Virus record (IMG/VR): IMGVR_UViG_3300043443_000423
Coordinates: 1-59,373 of that record
Source of the DNA: a virus
Taxonomy: Duplodnaviria > Caudoviricetes
Length of the DNA: 59,373 bases
Strand: one strand, 5' to 3'
The translations under genes and the position numbers were made by a program. Shown here in pieces: positions 27,701-37,544 of this stretch. Under the pieces are notes generated by a model. It saw only the letters and a program-made list of their open reading frames with translations, was not told the origin of the DNA and searched no databases. The stretch's first letter is position 1; each line of letters begins with the position of its first letter.

Positions 27701-28145
27701 ACCGCTTGCGGCACTGGGTTTGAGCGCTGTAGCACTGGTGAGTATCGCGTTGCATGAAGGCTATTCCGATCGGGCGATCCGACCGGTTCCGGGCGACAAG
27801 CCGACCTTAGGGTTCGGCACCACCGACGGCGTGAAGATGGGGGACACGACGACCCCACCGAAAGCGCTTGCCCGCGCGCTGAGCGACATCCAGAAGTTCG
27901 AAGGAGCCTTGAAGGACTGCGTGACCGTGCCCCTTCACCAGTACGAGTACGACACCTATATCAGCTTCGCATACAACGTAGGATCTTCTGCGTTCTGTAG
28001 CTCTACACTTGTTAAGAAGTTAAACTCGGAAGACTACGACGGTGCGTGCAAGGAGCTCTTGCGGTGGACGTATTTCAAGGGGCAGAAGTTACGCGGGCTC
28101 GAAGTCAGACGACAACAGGAATATCAACAGTGCATGGGTAACTGA
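27690..28145 (+). CDS. GH24 lysozyme, probable SAR endolysin
   Basis: Ala/Gly-rich N-terminal helix, HEGY..D..TLGFG, FAYNVG, GLEVRR. Confidence 0.92.
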   Translation: MDRKPLAALGLSAVALVSIALHEGYSDRAIRPVPGDKPTLGFGTTDGVKMGDTTTPPKALARALSDIQKFEGALKDCVTVPLHQYEYDTYISFAYNVGSSAFCSSTLVKKLNSEDYDGACKELLRWTYFKGQKLRGLEVRRQQEYQQCMGN

Positions 28146-28146
28146 T

Positions 28147-28635
28147 GTGATCACACCGAGACTGGCCATTGCGATCGCGATTCTGTTGATGCTGGGGTTC
28201 ACTCACATCGCAGCGTACGTGCACGGCAAGTCGGTGGGAAAACAAAGATGGGAGAAGGAAAGAGCGGAGCTCACTGCAAGGACCCTCGAGCTCGAGCAAG
28301 CCACCCGTACCAAAGAGCAGCAGCTGGTCGAACAACGCCAGAAAGCCGAGGTGAAGTATGTCGAAGTCAAACGTGAGGCAGCGCGCGCTGCCACTTCTGC
28401 TCAGTCTGAGCTTGACCGCTTGCGCCACGTCCTCGCCGCCCGTGAAGCCCGTGGACCCACCCAAAATCCCGCCGCCCCCACCGGAACTCATGATCCAGCC
28501 GGACTCGAGCGCGTCCTACTCGGACACTGTGCGGCAACTCTTGTTGAAGTGGCAGCGGATGCTGACCGGCTCAAAGCAGTCGTTGTAGGGCTGCAAGCGT
28601 ATGTGAAAGGTGTCTGCCAGGGGAGTACCGAATGA
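28147..28635 (+). CDS. i-spanin (Rz-like)
   Basis: N-terminal TM then coiled coil, after endolysin. Confidence 0.8.
   Translation: MITPRLAIAIAILLMLGFTHIAAYVHGKSVGKQRWEKERAELTARTLELEQATRTKEQQLVEQRQKAEVKYVEVKREAARAATSAQSELDRLRHVLAAREARGPTQNPAAPTGTHDPAGLERVLLGHCAATLVEVAADADRLKAVVVGLQAYVKGVCQGSTE
28358..28588 (+). CDS. o-spanin (Rz1-like lipoprotein) embedded in Rz
   Basis: Lipobox LTAC, Pro-rich, +1 frame inside the i-spanin. Confidence 0.8.
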   Translation: MSKSNVRQRALPLLLSLSLTACATSSPPVKPVDPPKIPPPPPELMIQPDSSASYSDTVRQLLLKWQRMLTGSKQSL

Positions 28636-30524
28636 CGACGATCGCACTGAAGAACTTCTCTGGAGAGATCCCCAACCTGCCGCCGTACCTGCTGCCGGAC
28701 ACCAACGCTCAGCAAGCGATCTACTGCGACTTCGCGCAGAAGGACCTGCGCCCCTTAAAGAACGGCACCCAGATCGCCACGATGTCGAACAACATCAAGG
28801 GCATCTACACCGAGGATGGCATCAACTTCCTCACCTGGCCGACCGAGACCTACGCGTACAAATCCCCGGTGATCGGCGACACGTTCAGCCGTGTCTACTT
28901 CATGAACGCCAGTGGGTACTACGTGACCACGGTCAACCAGGCCGACAACAATGGCGGCGAACCCGCGAACTCATGGCTGGTGGGCGTCCCCACCCCCACT
29001 ACTGCACCGACCGCATCGACCGTCGAGCTCACGACACTGCGTGGATACCCCTCGGCCACCGTCACTGTTCGCGCTTGGTACGAAGCAGGGGGCTCGAGAT
29101 ACGACGAAGCACAGGTGACTGCAGCCACCGTCACCGCCTTCAAGAAGTACACCTTCACGCCTCCCACGCGCAGTGGGAACACCCCGGCATCGGCCACGCT
29201 CTATGCGAGCTTCACGATCACCGACTCGGGCAAGCAGGTGCTCTCGGTCAGTATCCCCGCGGGGACCATCAACTCGGTGCGCTCGCAAGCCCTGCCCGGT
29301 GGGATCGAATTCACGCTGACCGCCGCAGGCGAGATCACGTTGCAGTGGGGTGTCTACGAAACACGGGCCTACGTCTTCACGGTGACCAACACCTTCAACG
29401 AAGAATCTGCACCGAGCCCTGCCGCAGTGATCGACGTGACCTACATGCAGAAGGTAACACTGGGTGCAACACTTCCGAGCTTCACGGGCTACCGCCCGAT
29501 GCAGGGGGTGTCCTTCTATCGCACCTTCGGTACCAGTGCGGCCTACTCGAAGATCAACGTCACCGACCTGGGTAGCAACAGCTACTCCGATGAGTCTTAC
29601 CAAGCCTCGGACATCAAGGGCACGTTGTTGAGTGCTGACTGGGAGCCCCCGGTCACCGGGATGTTCGGACTGACGCTGCTGCCCAACGGCGTGTTCGCAG
29701 CCTTCAAGGGCAACGTGCTCTATATGAGCGAGCCCTACCGGCCCCACAGCTGGCCGTACAAGATGAGTTTCCCCCAGGCGGTCAGAGGCATCTGCCCTGG
29801 CGCTCAGTCGCTGGTCGTGACCACCGCCGAAGGGTGCTACAACGTGCTGGGCAACAGCCCCAAGAACATGGCGCAGCAGCGCTTGCCGCTGCCGCAGGCC
29901 GGAGTCACCCACCGCTCGATGGCACTGATCGATGGTGCCGTGGGGTTCGCATCCAACGACGGGATCGTGGTGGTCAATGGCTCGCAGGCCACGATGGAGT
30001 TGAGCCAGAAGTTCTTCTCCCGAGACGACTGGCGTGGGCGTTATGCGAACGTGCTGGACACCCTACGCTTTGCTTATCACGACGGTTTCCTGGTCGGGAC
30101 CTCTCCCGCAGGCGTGGGGTTCTTGGTGCGGCTCGATGAAGCTGCGGGAACATTTACTCAATTCAGTGAGCAGATCGATGCGGCCTTCTACCTTCCAGTT
30201 CTTGACACGCTTTACTACGCAAAGGGCGCGACGCTCTACCGCTTTCGCACTGGCACCAACTACACCTTCGACTGGTGGAGCAAGGAGTTCATCCTCCCCA
30301 GTTACGTCGCCCTCGGGGCAGGCTACATTCGGTGCACTGGACCCGTCACGCTCACGCTCTATGCAGAAGGCGCACAGTGGCACCAGGTCACACTGAGTAA
30401 CTCGGGGTACTTCCGACTGCCCTCGGGCATCCGTGCACGTCGTTGGTCGATCAGGTTGCAGTCATCCGCCTCGCTGCAGGAGTTGACCCTGGCCACCGCG
30501 ATGGGGGAGTTAGGAAGTGTCTGA
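28632..30524 (+). CDS. Tail nozzle/stabilization protein (beta-propeller-like)
   Basis: NFSGEIP N-terminus, LYMSEPYRPHSWP, FDWWSKEF. Confidence 0.65.
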   Translation: MTTIALKNFSGEIPNLPPYLLPDTNAQQAIYCDFAQKDLRPLKNGTQIATMSNNIKGIYTEDGINFLTWPTETYAYKSPVIGDTFSRVYFMNASGYYVTTVNQADNNGGEPANSWLVGVPTPTTAPTASTVELTTLRGYPSATVTVRAWYEAGGSRYDEAQVTAATVTAFKKYTFTPPTRSGNTPASATLYASFTITDSGKQVLSVSIPAGTINSVRSQALPGGIEFTLTAAGEITLQWGVYETRAYVFTVTNTFNEESAPSPAAVIDVTYMQKVTLGATLPSFTGYRPMQGVSFYRTFGTSAAYSKINVTDLGSNSYSDESYQASDIKGTLLSADWEPPVTGMFGLTLLPNGVFAAFKGNVLYMSEPYRPHSWPYKMSFPQAVRGICPGAQSLVVTTAEGCYNVLGNSPKNMAQQRLPLPQAGVTHRSMALIDGAVGFASNDGIVVVNGSQATMELSQKFFSRDDWRGRYANVLDTLRFAYHDGFLVGTSPAGVGFLVRLDEAAGTFTQFSEQIDAAFYLPVLDTLYYAKGATLYRFRTGTNYTFDWWSKEFILPSYVALGAGYIRCTGPVTLTLYAEGAQWHQVTLSNSGYFRLPSGIRARRWSIRLQSSASLQELTLATAMGELGSV

Positions 30525-33456
30525 CTTTGTTCCAATCCCACCGACCTATGCGGTCGAGGATGTCCAGACTCGGGCCGTGCTCGATGCACTGGCCTCCAAC
30601 ATCGTCGCGGCTCAGGAGAACTACGCCACTGACGAGAAGGTCAAGACGATCGCTGAACAGACCGTCATCACGGTGCTGGGCGGTGGAGACATCCCTGGCA
30701 GTTCGGTTGGAACCCTGATCGAGAACCTGTCTCGGGCCATCACCGGCACCGAGCTCTACAACTACCTGGGCACGAAGATCGAGCCCCTGGTGGCCAATTC
30801 GCAGTGGTTGTCCGAGTTCGATGAGCGGGTCCGTGACCTGATCGAGTCCACCCAGGCAGACGCCAACGACCTGGCTGCAGAGACCGCAGCGCGCGTGGCT
30901 GCGATCAACCAACTTACAGCAGACTTACAGGCCGAAGCCAACGCTCGAATTGCAGCAGTGCAGGCCGAAGCCAACGCCAGAGCCCAAGCGCTTCTCGATG
31001 AAGCCACGGCTCGCGGTGCAGCCATCCAGGTGGAGACCCAGGCCAGACAGACTGCGGACTCTTCGCTCGCCTCGCAGATCACGACGCTCACTGCATCGGT
31101 CAACAGCAACGCCGCTGCGATCCAGACGGAAGCCACGGCTCGCGCCGATGGCGACTCAGCAGAAGCCGCTCAGCGCACGATCCTCGCCGCACGCGTGACG
31201 ACCAACGAGTCGAGTATTACCAATCTGAACACGGTCACGCAGAACCAAGCGACCTCGATCACGAACCTCACGACGCGCACAAGCACCGCTGAGAGCAACA
31301 TCACGACGCTGCAGACCACGACGGCCAACCAGGCCACGCAGATCTCGCAGCTGAACTCGACGGTGGGCAGCGCCAACCGGGTCTTCGCACAGACCGCGGC
31401 ACCCACGAGCGGTGGCGGCTACACGCTTCGCACGAACGACATCTGGTACGACACCGACGACGGCTACAAGCCCTATTACTGGACGGGCTCGGCGTGGGCA
31501 GATCTCACCGACACGCGCCTGCTGAACGCAGGCTCCAACATCACTTCGCTGCAGACGACGACCGCGAACCAAGCCTCGACGCTCAACAGCCTGTCCACCC
31601 GGACCAGCACGGCCGAGAGCAACATCTCCAACCTGCAGACAACGACCACGAGCCAGGCCACATCGCTCACCAACCTCACCACGCGGGTGGGCACCGCCGA
31701 GAGCAACATCTCCAACCTGCAGACGACCACTGCGGGGCAGGCCACCTCGATCACGACGCTGCAGACAACAGTCGGACAAAAGGCAAGGGTGTTCGCACAA
31801 ACCGCGGCCCCCACCTCGAGCGCGAGCTACACGCTGCAGACCAATGATCTCTGGTACGACACCGACGATGGACTGAAGTCTTACCGCTGGAACGGTACCG
31901 CTTGGGCGGACCTGACCGACACCCGCCTGATCAACGCAGGCTCTGACATCACCAACCTGCAGCAGACGACCGCATCACAAGCCTCCTCGCTCACGAGCCT
32001 GCTCACCAGAACGAGCACCGCCGAAACCAACATCACGAACCTGCAGACGACGACCAGCACGCAGGGCACCTCACTCACCAATCTGACGACTCGGGTGGGC
32101 ACGGCCGAGACCAACATCGGCACCCTGCAGACGACCACGTCCAACCAGGCCACGCAGATCACCAACATCTCGGCGACCGCCAACGCGAAGAACCGGACCT
32201 ACTACCAGACCGCAGCGCCCACGACGGGCCTTGTGATCGGAGACATCTGGATCGACACGGACGACAACCGTCGTCTGTTCCGTTGGAACGGCACTGCTTG
32301 GGATGCAGCCGACGACGCACGAACCGCCACCAACGCCGCTGCGATCACTGCGGAGCAGACTGCACGGATCAACGCAGACAACACGCTCACCACCAGCATC
32401 AGCACGCAGTCCAGCCGGATCAGCAACGCCGAATCGGCGATCACCACCGAGCAGACGACCCGCAACACCAAGGACCTCTCGCTCGCCTCGGCGATCAACA
32501 ACATCTGGTCGGTGGTCGGTGGATCCACCGCGGTCATCGGAGACGGCTCGCTTGCTGCTGCAACCCCCACGACGGCGCAGGCCACGAAGTGGAACCAGGT
32601 CACCGCAGCCGTCACGGATCCCAACACCGGGCAGGTCAGCACGACTTCGATCAAGCAAGACTTCCTCACCTACGCGTCCACCAACGACACCTCGGTCAAC
32701 GGGCTCAAGGCTCAGTACACCGTCAAAGTGGATGTCAATGGGTATGTCTCTGGGTTCGGGCTGGCCACGACGCTCAACAACGGTACACCGCTCTCGGACT
32801 TCGCAGTACGTGCAGACAGGTTCTCGATCGCATCGCCTGGAGTCAACAAGGTGGTGCCCTTCATCGTCTCGGGCGGGGCGACCATTATCGACACGGCGCT
32901 CATTCAGAACGGCACGATCGACAACGCGAAGATCGGCAACTACATCGCCTCGACCAATTTCAACGGCGGCATCAACGCAAGCGGGTTCATCAGTAGTGCA
33001 GGAACGACCGGGTGGGCGATCGACAAGTCGGGCTACGCCACCTTCAACAACGTCAAGGTCCGCGGCGACATCCAGGCCAACTCGCTGACTGCGAATACCG
33101 TCTACACCGAGAACATCGTAGGCGCAGCCGTTGCACAACTCTACTTATCTCAAAGCGGAGGCATGTCCACGTCTTTGACGTTCAGTGTTCCTACCGGCAT
33201 TTCGGGCATTTTGGTGATTGTCGGCCTTGGTGGTTACACCGGAATGAGTGGAAAAGACCTGCAATCAGGTGCTTACCGAGGAATCCTGGAAGTCGGAGGT
33301 TATGGGGTGGTCACGTCTGGAATCGGCACTTTGACGTACGCATTCACCGGTACGGCAGCAGGCACGTACACCTTAACCGCCAGTCGTCTTTACCCCGGCT
33401 TCTCAAGCTCCCCTGATGACAATATCGTCCTAAGCGTACTGATCAGCAAGCGATGA
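30517..33456 (+). CDS. Tail fibre/spike with coiled-coil repeats and DUF1983-like domain
   Basis: AQYTVKVDVNGYVSGFGL..FAVRADRFSI, IQNGTIDNAKIG; three DIWYDTDD modules. Confidence 0.8.
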   Translation: MSDFVPIPPTYAVEDVQTRAVLDALASNIVAAQENYATDEKVKTIAEQTVITVLGGGDIPGSSVGTLIENLSRAITGTELYNYLGTKIEPLVANSQWLSEFDERVRDLIESTQADANDLAAETAARVAAINQLTADLQAEANARIAAVQAEANARAQALLDEATARGAAIQVETQARQTADSSLASQITTLTASVNSNAAAIQTEATARADGDSAEAAQRTILAARVTTNESSITNLNTVTQNQATSITNLTTRTSTAESNITTLQTTTANQATQISQLNSTVGSANRVFAQTAAPTSGGGYTLRTNDIWYDTDDGYKPYYWTGSAWADLTDTRLLNAGSNITSLQTTTANQASTLNSLSTRTSTAESNISNLQTTTTSQATSLTNLTTRVGTAESNISNLQTTTAGQATSITTLQTTVGQKARVFAQTAAPTSSASYTLQTNDLWYDTDDGLKSYRWNGTAWADLTDTRLINAGSDITNLQQTTASQASSLTSLLTRTSTAETNITNLQTTTSTQGTSLTNLTTRVGTAETNIGTLQTTTSNQATQITNISATANAKNRTYYQTAAPTTGLVIGDIWIDTDDNRRLFRWNGTAWDAADDARTATNAAAITAEQTARINADNTLTTSISTQSSRISNAESAITTEQTTRNTKDLSLASAINNIWSVVGGSTAVIGDGSLAAATPTTAQATKWNQVTAAVTDPNTGQVSTTSIKQDFLTYASTNDTSVNGLKAQYTVKVDVNGYVSGFGLATTLNNGTPLSDFAVRADRFSIASPGVNKVVPFIVSGGATIIDTALIQNGTIDNAKIGNYIASTNFNGGINASGFISSAGTTGWAIDKSGYATFNNVKVRGDIQANSLTANTVYTENIVGAAVAQLYLSQSGGMSTSLTFSVPTGISGILVIVGLGGYTGMSGKDLQSGAYRGILEVGGYGVVTSGIGTLTYAFTGTAAGTYTLTASRLYPGFSSSPDDNIVLSVLISKR

Positions 33457-33836
33457 AACACTTCATTATTTACGACACCTTTGGTGAGATTAAGCGGACC
33501 GGACAATGTCCCGACGAAGACTTCGCGCTCCAAGCGCTCGAGGGTGAACTGATCCTTGAAGGGCAAGCCGATCCGATGAAAGACCGGGTCAATGTGTCCA
33601 CCCATGCCGTGATGGCCGGTGCGAACGTGCAGCCTCCGAAAGCCGAGGCCTACACCACGGTCAGAAAGCGCATGTACCCCACGGTCGAGGAGCAACTCGA
33701 CATGCTCTGGCATGCGATGCACCAGTACCACACGCCTCGGGTGGAACCCTTCTACTCCACGATCAAGGCGGTCAAGCAGGCCGTGCCGAAACCGCCGCAG
33801 TCCGATGACGAAATCTTTGACGTGGGGGCGATCTGA
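33453..33836 (+). CDS. Fibre-associated chaperone-like protein
   Basis: RKRMYPTVEEQLDMLWH..IKAVK. Confidence 0.65.
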   Translation: MKHFIIYDTFGEIKRTGQCPDEDFALQALEGELILEGQADPMKDRVNVSTHAVMAGANVQPPKAEAYTTVRKRMYPTVEEQLDMLWHAMHQYHTPRVEPFYSTIKAVKQAVPKPPQSDDEIFDVGAI

Positions 33837-34327
33837 TGTACCACTTCAAGAAGTACACCGTGGGCCGCTTCACCGTCTACGAGTCCCGCCAGAAGCAAGG
33901 CGACGAACACCGCAAGCGATTCACCGGCAACGTGACGCCGCAGTCACAGGCCACGCTCAACCTCTACGTCTCAGGGCAGTTCGAGTTCGCGATCCCCGCG
34001 GTTAACTTCACCCAGGTGCTCGAGGCAGGGCAGACCAACCGGGATCTCACGATTGCATCTTTCCCGGCCAACGAAGTGACCATCGAGCGGGTGCTGAGTG
34101 AAACGGCAACGCGTCTGTGCGTATCAGCTGCTGGAGCCATGACGGTGGCCACCGTAGACCTGACTGCTGGGCAAAGTTATCCACAAGCCGCTGTCGGCAT
34201 GCTGGTCGTGATTTCGGGGGTCGTCGTGATCGATGGGCTGACGAATCACCCTGGGGTGGTGCGAGAAGTGTTCGCGGGGTCGTCAATTCAGGCCCAGACT
34301 GCAGCCAAACTAGCCATTGTCTCATAG
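33836..34327 (+). CDS. Hypothetical protein (possible cupin-like beta fold)
   Basis: Coupled ORF, beta-rich. Confidence 0.6.
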   Translation: MYHFKKYTVGRFTVYESRQKQGDEHRKRFTGNVTPQSQATLNLYVSGQFEFAIPAVNFTQVLEAGQTNRDLTIASFPANEVTIERVLSETATRLCVSAAGAMTVATVDLTAGQSYPQAAVGMLVVISGVVVIDGLTNHPGVVREVFAGSSIQAQTAAKLAIVS

Positions 34328-34346
34328 AACCTGCTAACATTGAGAG

Positions 34347-34811
34347 ATGAGTGAGTACATGCTAACCGTATTGACTCCCAACCAAGTGGAGGCTAGGTGG
34401 CCTGTGCTCGAGAAGTTGCTGGGGCGCTCGGTGGTGTACTCCAACGATGAGTTCAAGGTGGAGGATCTGCGGGAGTTGGTGGCGGCACGCGAAGCGATCG
34501 TGCTGGGGATGTTCCGAGATGATGATCTGGTATTGGCAGCTGTGGCTGAGATTGCAAGGTACCCGCGTAAGACGGTGCTTTACGTCATCGCGCTCGGTGG
34601 TCGTGAACTCAATGTCGCGGTTCGTTGCTTTTGGGATGGCGTGGAAGAGGTTGCTTCACTGCTGGGTGCGACGGCGATTCAGTTCGCGGTCCGGCCGGTA
34701 ATGGAGCGTTACATGGGCAGCTTGATGCCCGAAGCCAAGCGAGTGTACGCAGTGCTGGAGAAGAAATTATGGGCGGCCGAAGCGGCGGAAACAGTTACTA
34801 CGCAAATCTAG
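34347..34811 (+). CDS. Acetyltransferase-fold virion assembly protein (putative)
   Basis: YPRKTVLYVIALGG; precedes ejection genes. Confidence 0.55.
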   Translation: MSEYMLTVLTPNQVEARWPVLEKLLGRSVVYSNDEFKVEDLRELVAAREAIVLGMFRDDDLVLAAVAEIARYPRKTVLYVIALGGRELNVAVRCFWDGVEEVASLLGATAIQFAVRPVMERYMGSLMPEAKRVYAVLEKKLWAAEAAETVTTQI

Positions 34812-36073
34812 ACCGACTCTATGGCATGCAGGCCGATCAGGCCCAGCAGCTGATGGGGTTGTCTAACGAACTGGTCTTTCCCCAGTTCAGGCGTTTGGTG
34901 GGTGAGGCCAACGATTACGGCTCCCAGGCCAATCGGGAACGCGCTGCCGCGACGGCAGGCGCAGATGCTGCGGCATCCCTGGGTCTGTCCAACCAGATGA
35001 TGGTGGACCAGATGAGCTCGATGGGGGTCAACCCCGCCGACATGACCATGGCGCTGCGTCGCAATTCGATCGCCGGTGCTGCAGCCGATGCTGCAGGTCG
35101 TACCGGTGCCCGAGACAACGTGGATAGGATGGGGTTCGCTCGCATGATGGATGCGACCGGCATGGTCGCAGGAACGCCCACCCAAGCGACAGCAGCGGCC
35201 AACGCTGCAGGCAGCACCGCATCGGCGATGGGCAACCTCGCGATGCAAAACCAGGCCAACAACAATGCGGCACTCGGCAACGCCGTGCGCGGTGGTATCA
35301 ACCTCTATGGCTTCGGTCAGGGTCAAGGCTGGTTCGCTGATGGTGGACTGGTCGAACCCCAGCGTTATGAGAAGGGCGGCTACGTCGTTCGCCGTGCCCA
35401 GGGCGGGATCATCGGTGCGATGAAGAATGTGGCTGCACCACCGCCGCCTCCGTCTGCGCCTCCCGGCGCGTCTGCAGGTGCACAAGTCGCAGGTGCTGCG
35501 GCCCCCGCTCTGATGAAACCCGGCATCGCAGGCTCGATGGTGGAGACCGCGGGCAACATGGCTGGATCGCCTTACGTCGCCGCCATGGGTAAAGGCATCG
35601 CCAACCCCGGTGCAGTGGGTCCCGGTATCGAGGCTTACACGACTGCGGCCAACCAGGTCAATGCGGCACTCGGAGGTCTTGAAGCATCGGGCGCTGCGGC
35701 GGCTGGTGCAGAGGCTGCGGGTCTTGCAGCTGCGGGTACGGAGGCAGCAGGCCTGGGCGCTGCTGCAAGTGGTTTGGGTATGGGCGCGACACTCGGTGCC
35801 GCGATGCCTTACGTGGGTGCAGCCATGATGCTTGGCTCGGCACTCGGTCTGTTCGCGGACGGCGGCGAAGTCACTCCAGGCTCCAACGGTGCTCAGGGTG
35901 GCAAAGTCGATGGTCCCGGTGGCCCAAAGGATGACATGGTTCCAGCCCTGCTATCCGATGGAGAGTTCGTGCTGCCTGTTGGCACGGTTAAGAAGTACGG
36001 CCTAGCAAAACTCGAGAAGATGCGCCAAGAAGGCCTGGATTTCGAGAAGCAGTTGGGTATCGGGAGAAACTAA
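34769..36073 (+). CDS. Internal virion/DNA ejection protein
   Basis: MGG start, Ala/Gly-rich, FADGG repeats, GPGGPKDDMVPALLSDGEFV. Confidence 0.7.
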   Translation: MGGRSGGNSYYANLDRLYGMQADQAQQLMGLSNELVFPQFRRLVGEANDYGSQANRERAAATAGADAAASLGLSNQMMVDQMSSMGVNPADMTMALRRNSIAGAAADAAGRTGARDNVDRMGFARMMDATGMVAGTPTQATAAANAAGSTASAMGNLAMQNQANNNAALGNAVRGGINLYGFGQGQGWFADGGLVEPQRYEKGGYVVRRAQGGIIGAMKNVAAPPPPPSAPPGASAGAQVAGAAAPALMKPGIAGSMVETAGNMAGSPYVAAMGKGIANPGAVGPGIEAYTTAANQVNAALGGLEASGAAAAGAEAAGLAAAGTEAAGLGAAASGLGMGATLGAAMPYVGAAMMLGSALGLFADGGEVTPGSNGAQGGKVDGPGGPKDDMVPALLSDGEFVLPVGTVKKYGLAKLEKMRQEGLDFEKQLGIGRN

Positions 36074-36331
36074 ATGACTTTAGATGTCGGTGCATTTGCA
36101 GTAAAAGTAAATGGTGAGTTGGTCGGTGGACGTGTCATCGGTTTGTATGGTGGCAAGAAGGTGTTCCTAACGACAGTTGGTGATGATGGCCAACCGTTCC
36201 TGACCGCAGAGGGTCTGGATCTGGACAACACCATCGTCTCGGCTTCGGATGTAGAAGCCCCCGCGCCCAAGAAGGGGCGCAAGAAAGTCGAGGACACGGT
36301 GTCCGTCGATGACGTGCAGATCGAGGTTTAA
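36074..36331 (+). CDS. Hypothetical protein (85 aa)
   Basis: GGAG RBS, co-oriented. Confidence 0.65.
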   Translation: MTLDVGAFAVKVNGELVGGRVIGLYGGKKVFLTTVGDDGQPFLTAEGLDLDNTIVSASDVEAPAPKKGRKKVEDTVSVDDVQIEV

Positions 36332-36341
36332 GGAGTAAGCC

Positions 36342-37541
36342 ATGAATTTCTTGGGTGCTTTGGGTGCGGCTGGTAGCGGTATCAGTGCGGGCATCCAAGA
36401 TCTTGAACGGCAAGAAGAGCAGAAGTTCCTCAAGCAACAACGTGCCCGCATGCTCAAGCAGCAGGCCGACGACGATGCGATCCAAGAGGGGCTCAAGGGT
36501 ATCCGCGCACCGGGCAAATACACCGAGCGGGTGGACGACACCCCGGAGTACGGCACTGCAAGCACGGCCACCACACGCGAAGTCGATTACACCCCGCAGC
36601 AACGGGCTCGCGACATCCAGGCGCTCTATCAGCGTTATGGACGTGTGAAGGACGCCGACCAGTATGGACAGATGGCAGACGCCATCGAAGACCGCACTCG
36701 CCGCCTATCGCGTGAAGACATCCAGGACCGGGCCGCACGGCTCAGTGAGATCTCGCGCAACGCTGCGTTCATGTACAACACCGGCAACCTCGAAGGTGCG
36801 ATGCGCCTGCTGCAGGGTGGGTATGACCTCTTTCCTGATGGTCGCCGCGTGGTGGTCGAGAACGGGCAGTGGGGTGTTGCAGGTCCATCGGGCAAGTACG
36901 AAGTTGCACCCCAGCCGTTGACCAAGGAGTCGGTTGGCCAGGCGGTCAACATGGCCATGAAGTTCGGCAACCCTGCGTTGTGGGCTCAGTTCGAACAGGT
37001 CCGCCAGGGCGACGACAGGGTTGGTATTGCTCGCGAAGCCAACGTACTCAAGGGCAAAGAGATCGACAACATCGGCAAATACTACAGCGACAAGATCTCG
37101 CTCGATCGCGAAGAGCTCAATGCGAAGACCAAGGCAGGGTTCTTCAATCCACGCAGCCACCAGCCTGCAGAGCGCTTCAATCCGATCGGCCTGTCCGATG
37201 ACGGTAGGCGCGTGCTTGGCATCAACGGTGGGCGGTTGGTCGAGCAGCCGGTTCCAGAGGGCTACTCAGGGATGTTCCCCAAGACAACGGGCATTCGTCC
37301 ACAGCAAACGAAGCCTCCCAAGCCCATCGGCATGAACGAGGTTCAGAAGTTTGTGGAGACGTTCGGACATCAACCTGCATCGGGTTATCCACCCGATCGC
37401 AAGACAGGCAAGACACCTCGAATTGCAGATCTGCCGTTCGAAGACATCGTCAGGATCATCGAGGCCCGAAGTGCCGTCGGTGGCGTTTCAGCAGGACTGC
37501 CTCTACCCGAAGGTGGGCTCGGTAAACCTCCAGGGAGGTAA
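36342..37541 (+). CDS. Internal virion/ejection protein
   Basis: MNFLGALGAAGSGISAG amphipathic start then coiled coil. Confidence 0.65.
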   Translation: MNFLGALGAAGSGISAGIQDLERQEEQKFLKQQRARMLKQQADDDAIQEGLKGIRAPGKYTERVDDTPEYGTASTATTREVDYTPQQRARDIQALYQRYGRVKDADQYGQMADAIEDRTRRLSREDIQDRAARLSEISRNAAFMYNTGNLEGAMRLLQGGYDLFPDGRRVVVENGQWGVAGPSGKYEVAPQPLTKESVGQAVNMAMKFGNPALWAQFEQVRQGDDRVGIAREANVLKGKEIDNIGKYYSDKISLDREELNAKTKAGFFNPRSHQPAERFNPIGLSDDGRRVLGINGGRLVEQPVPEGYSGMFPKTTGIRPQQTKPPKPIGMNEVQKFVETFGHQPASGYPPDRKTGKTPRIADLPFEDIVRIIEARSAVGGVSAGLPLPEGGLGKPPGR

Positions 37542-37544
37542 GCG

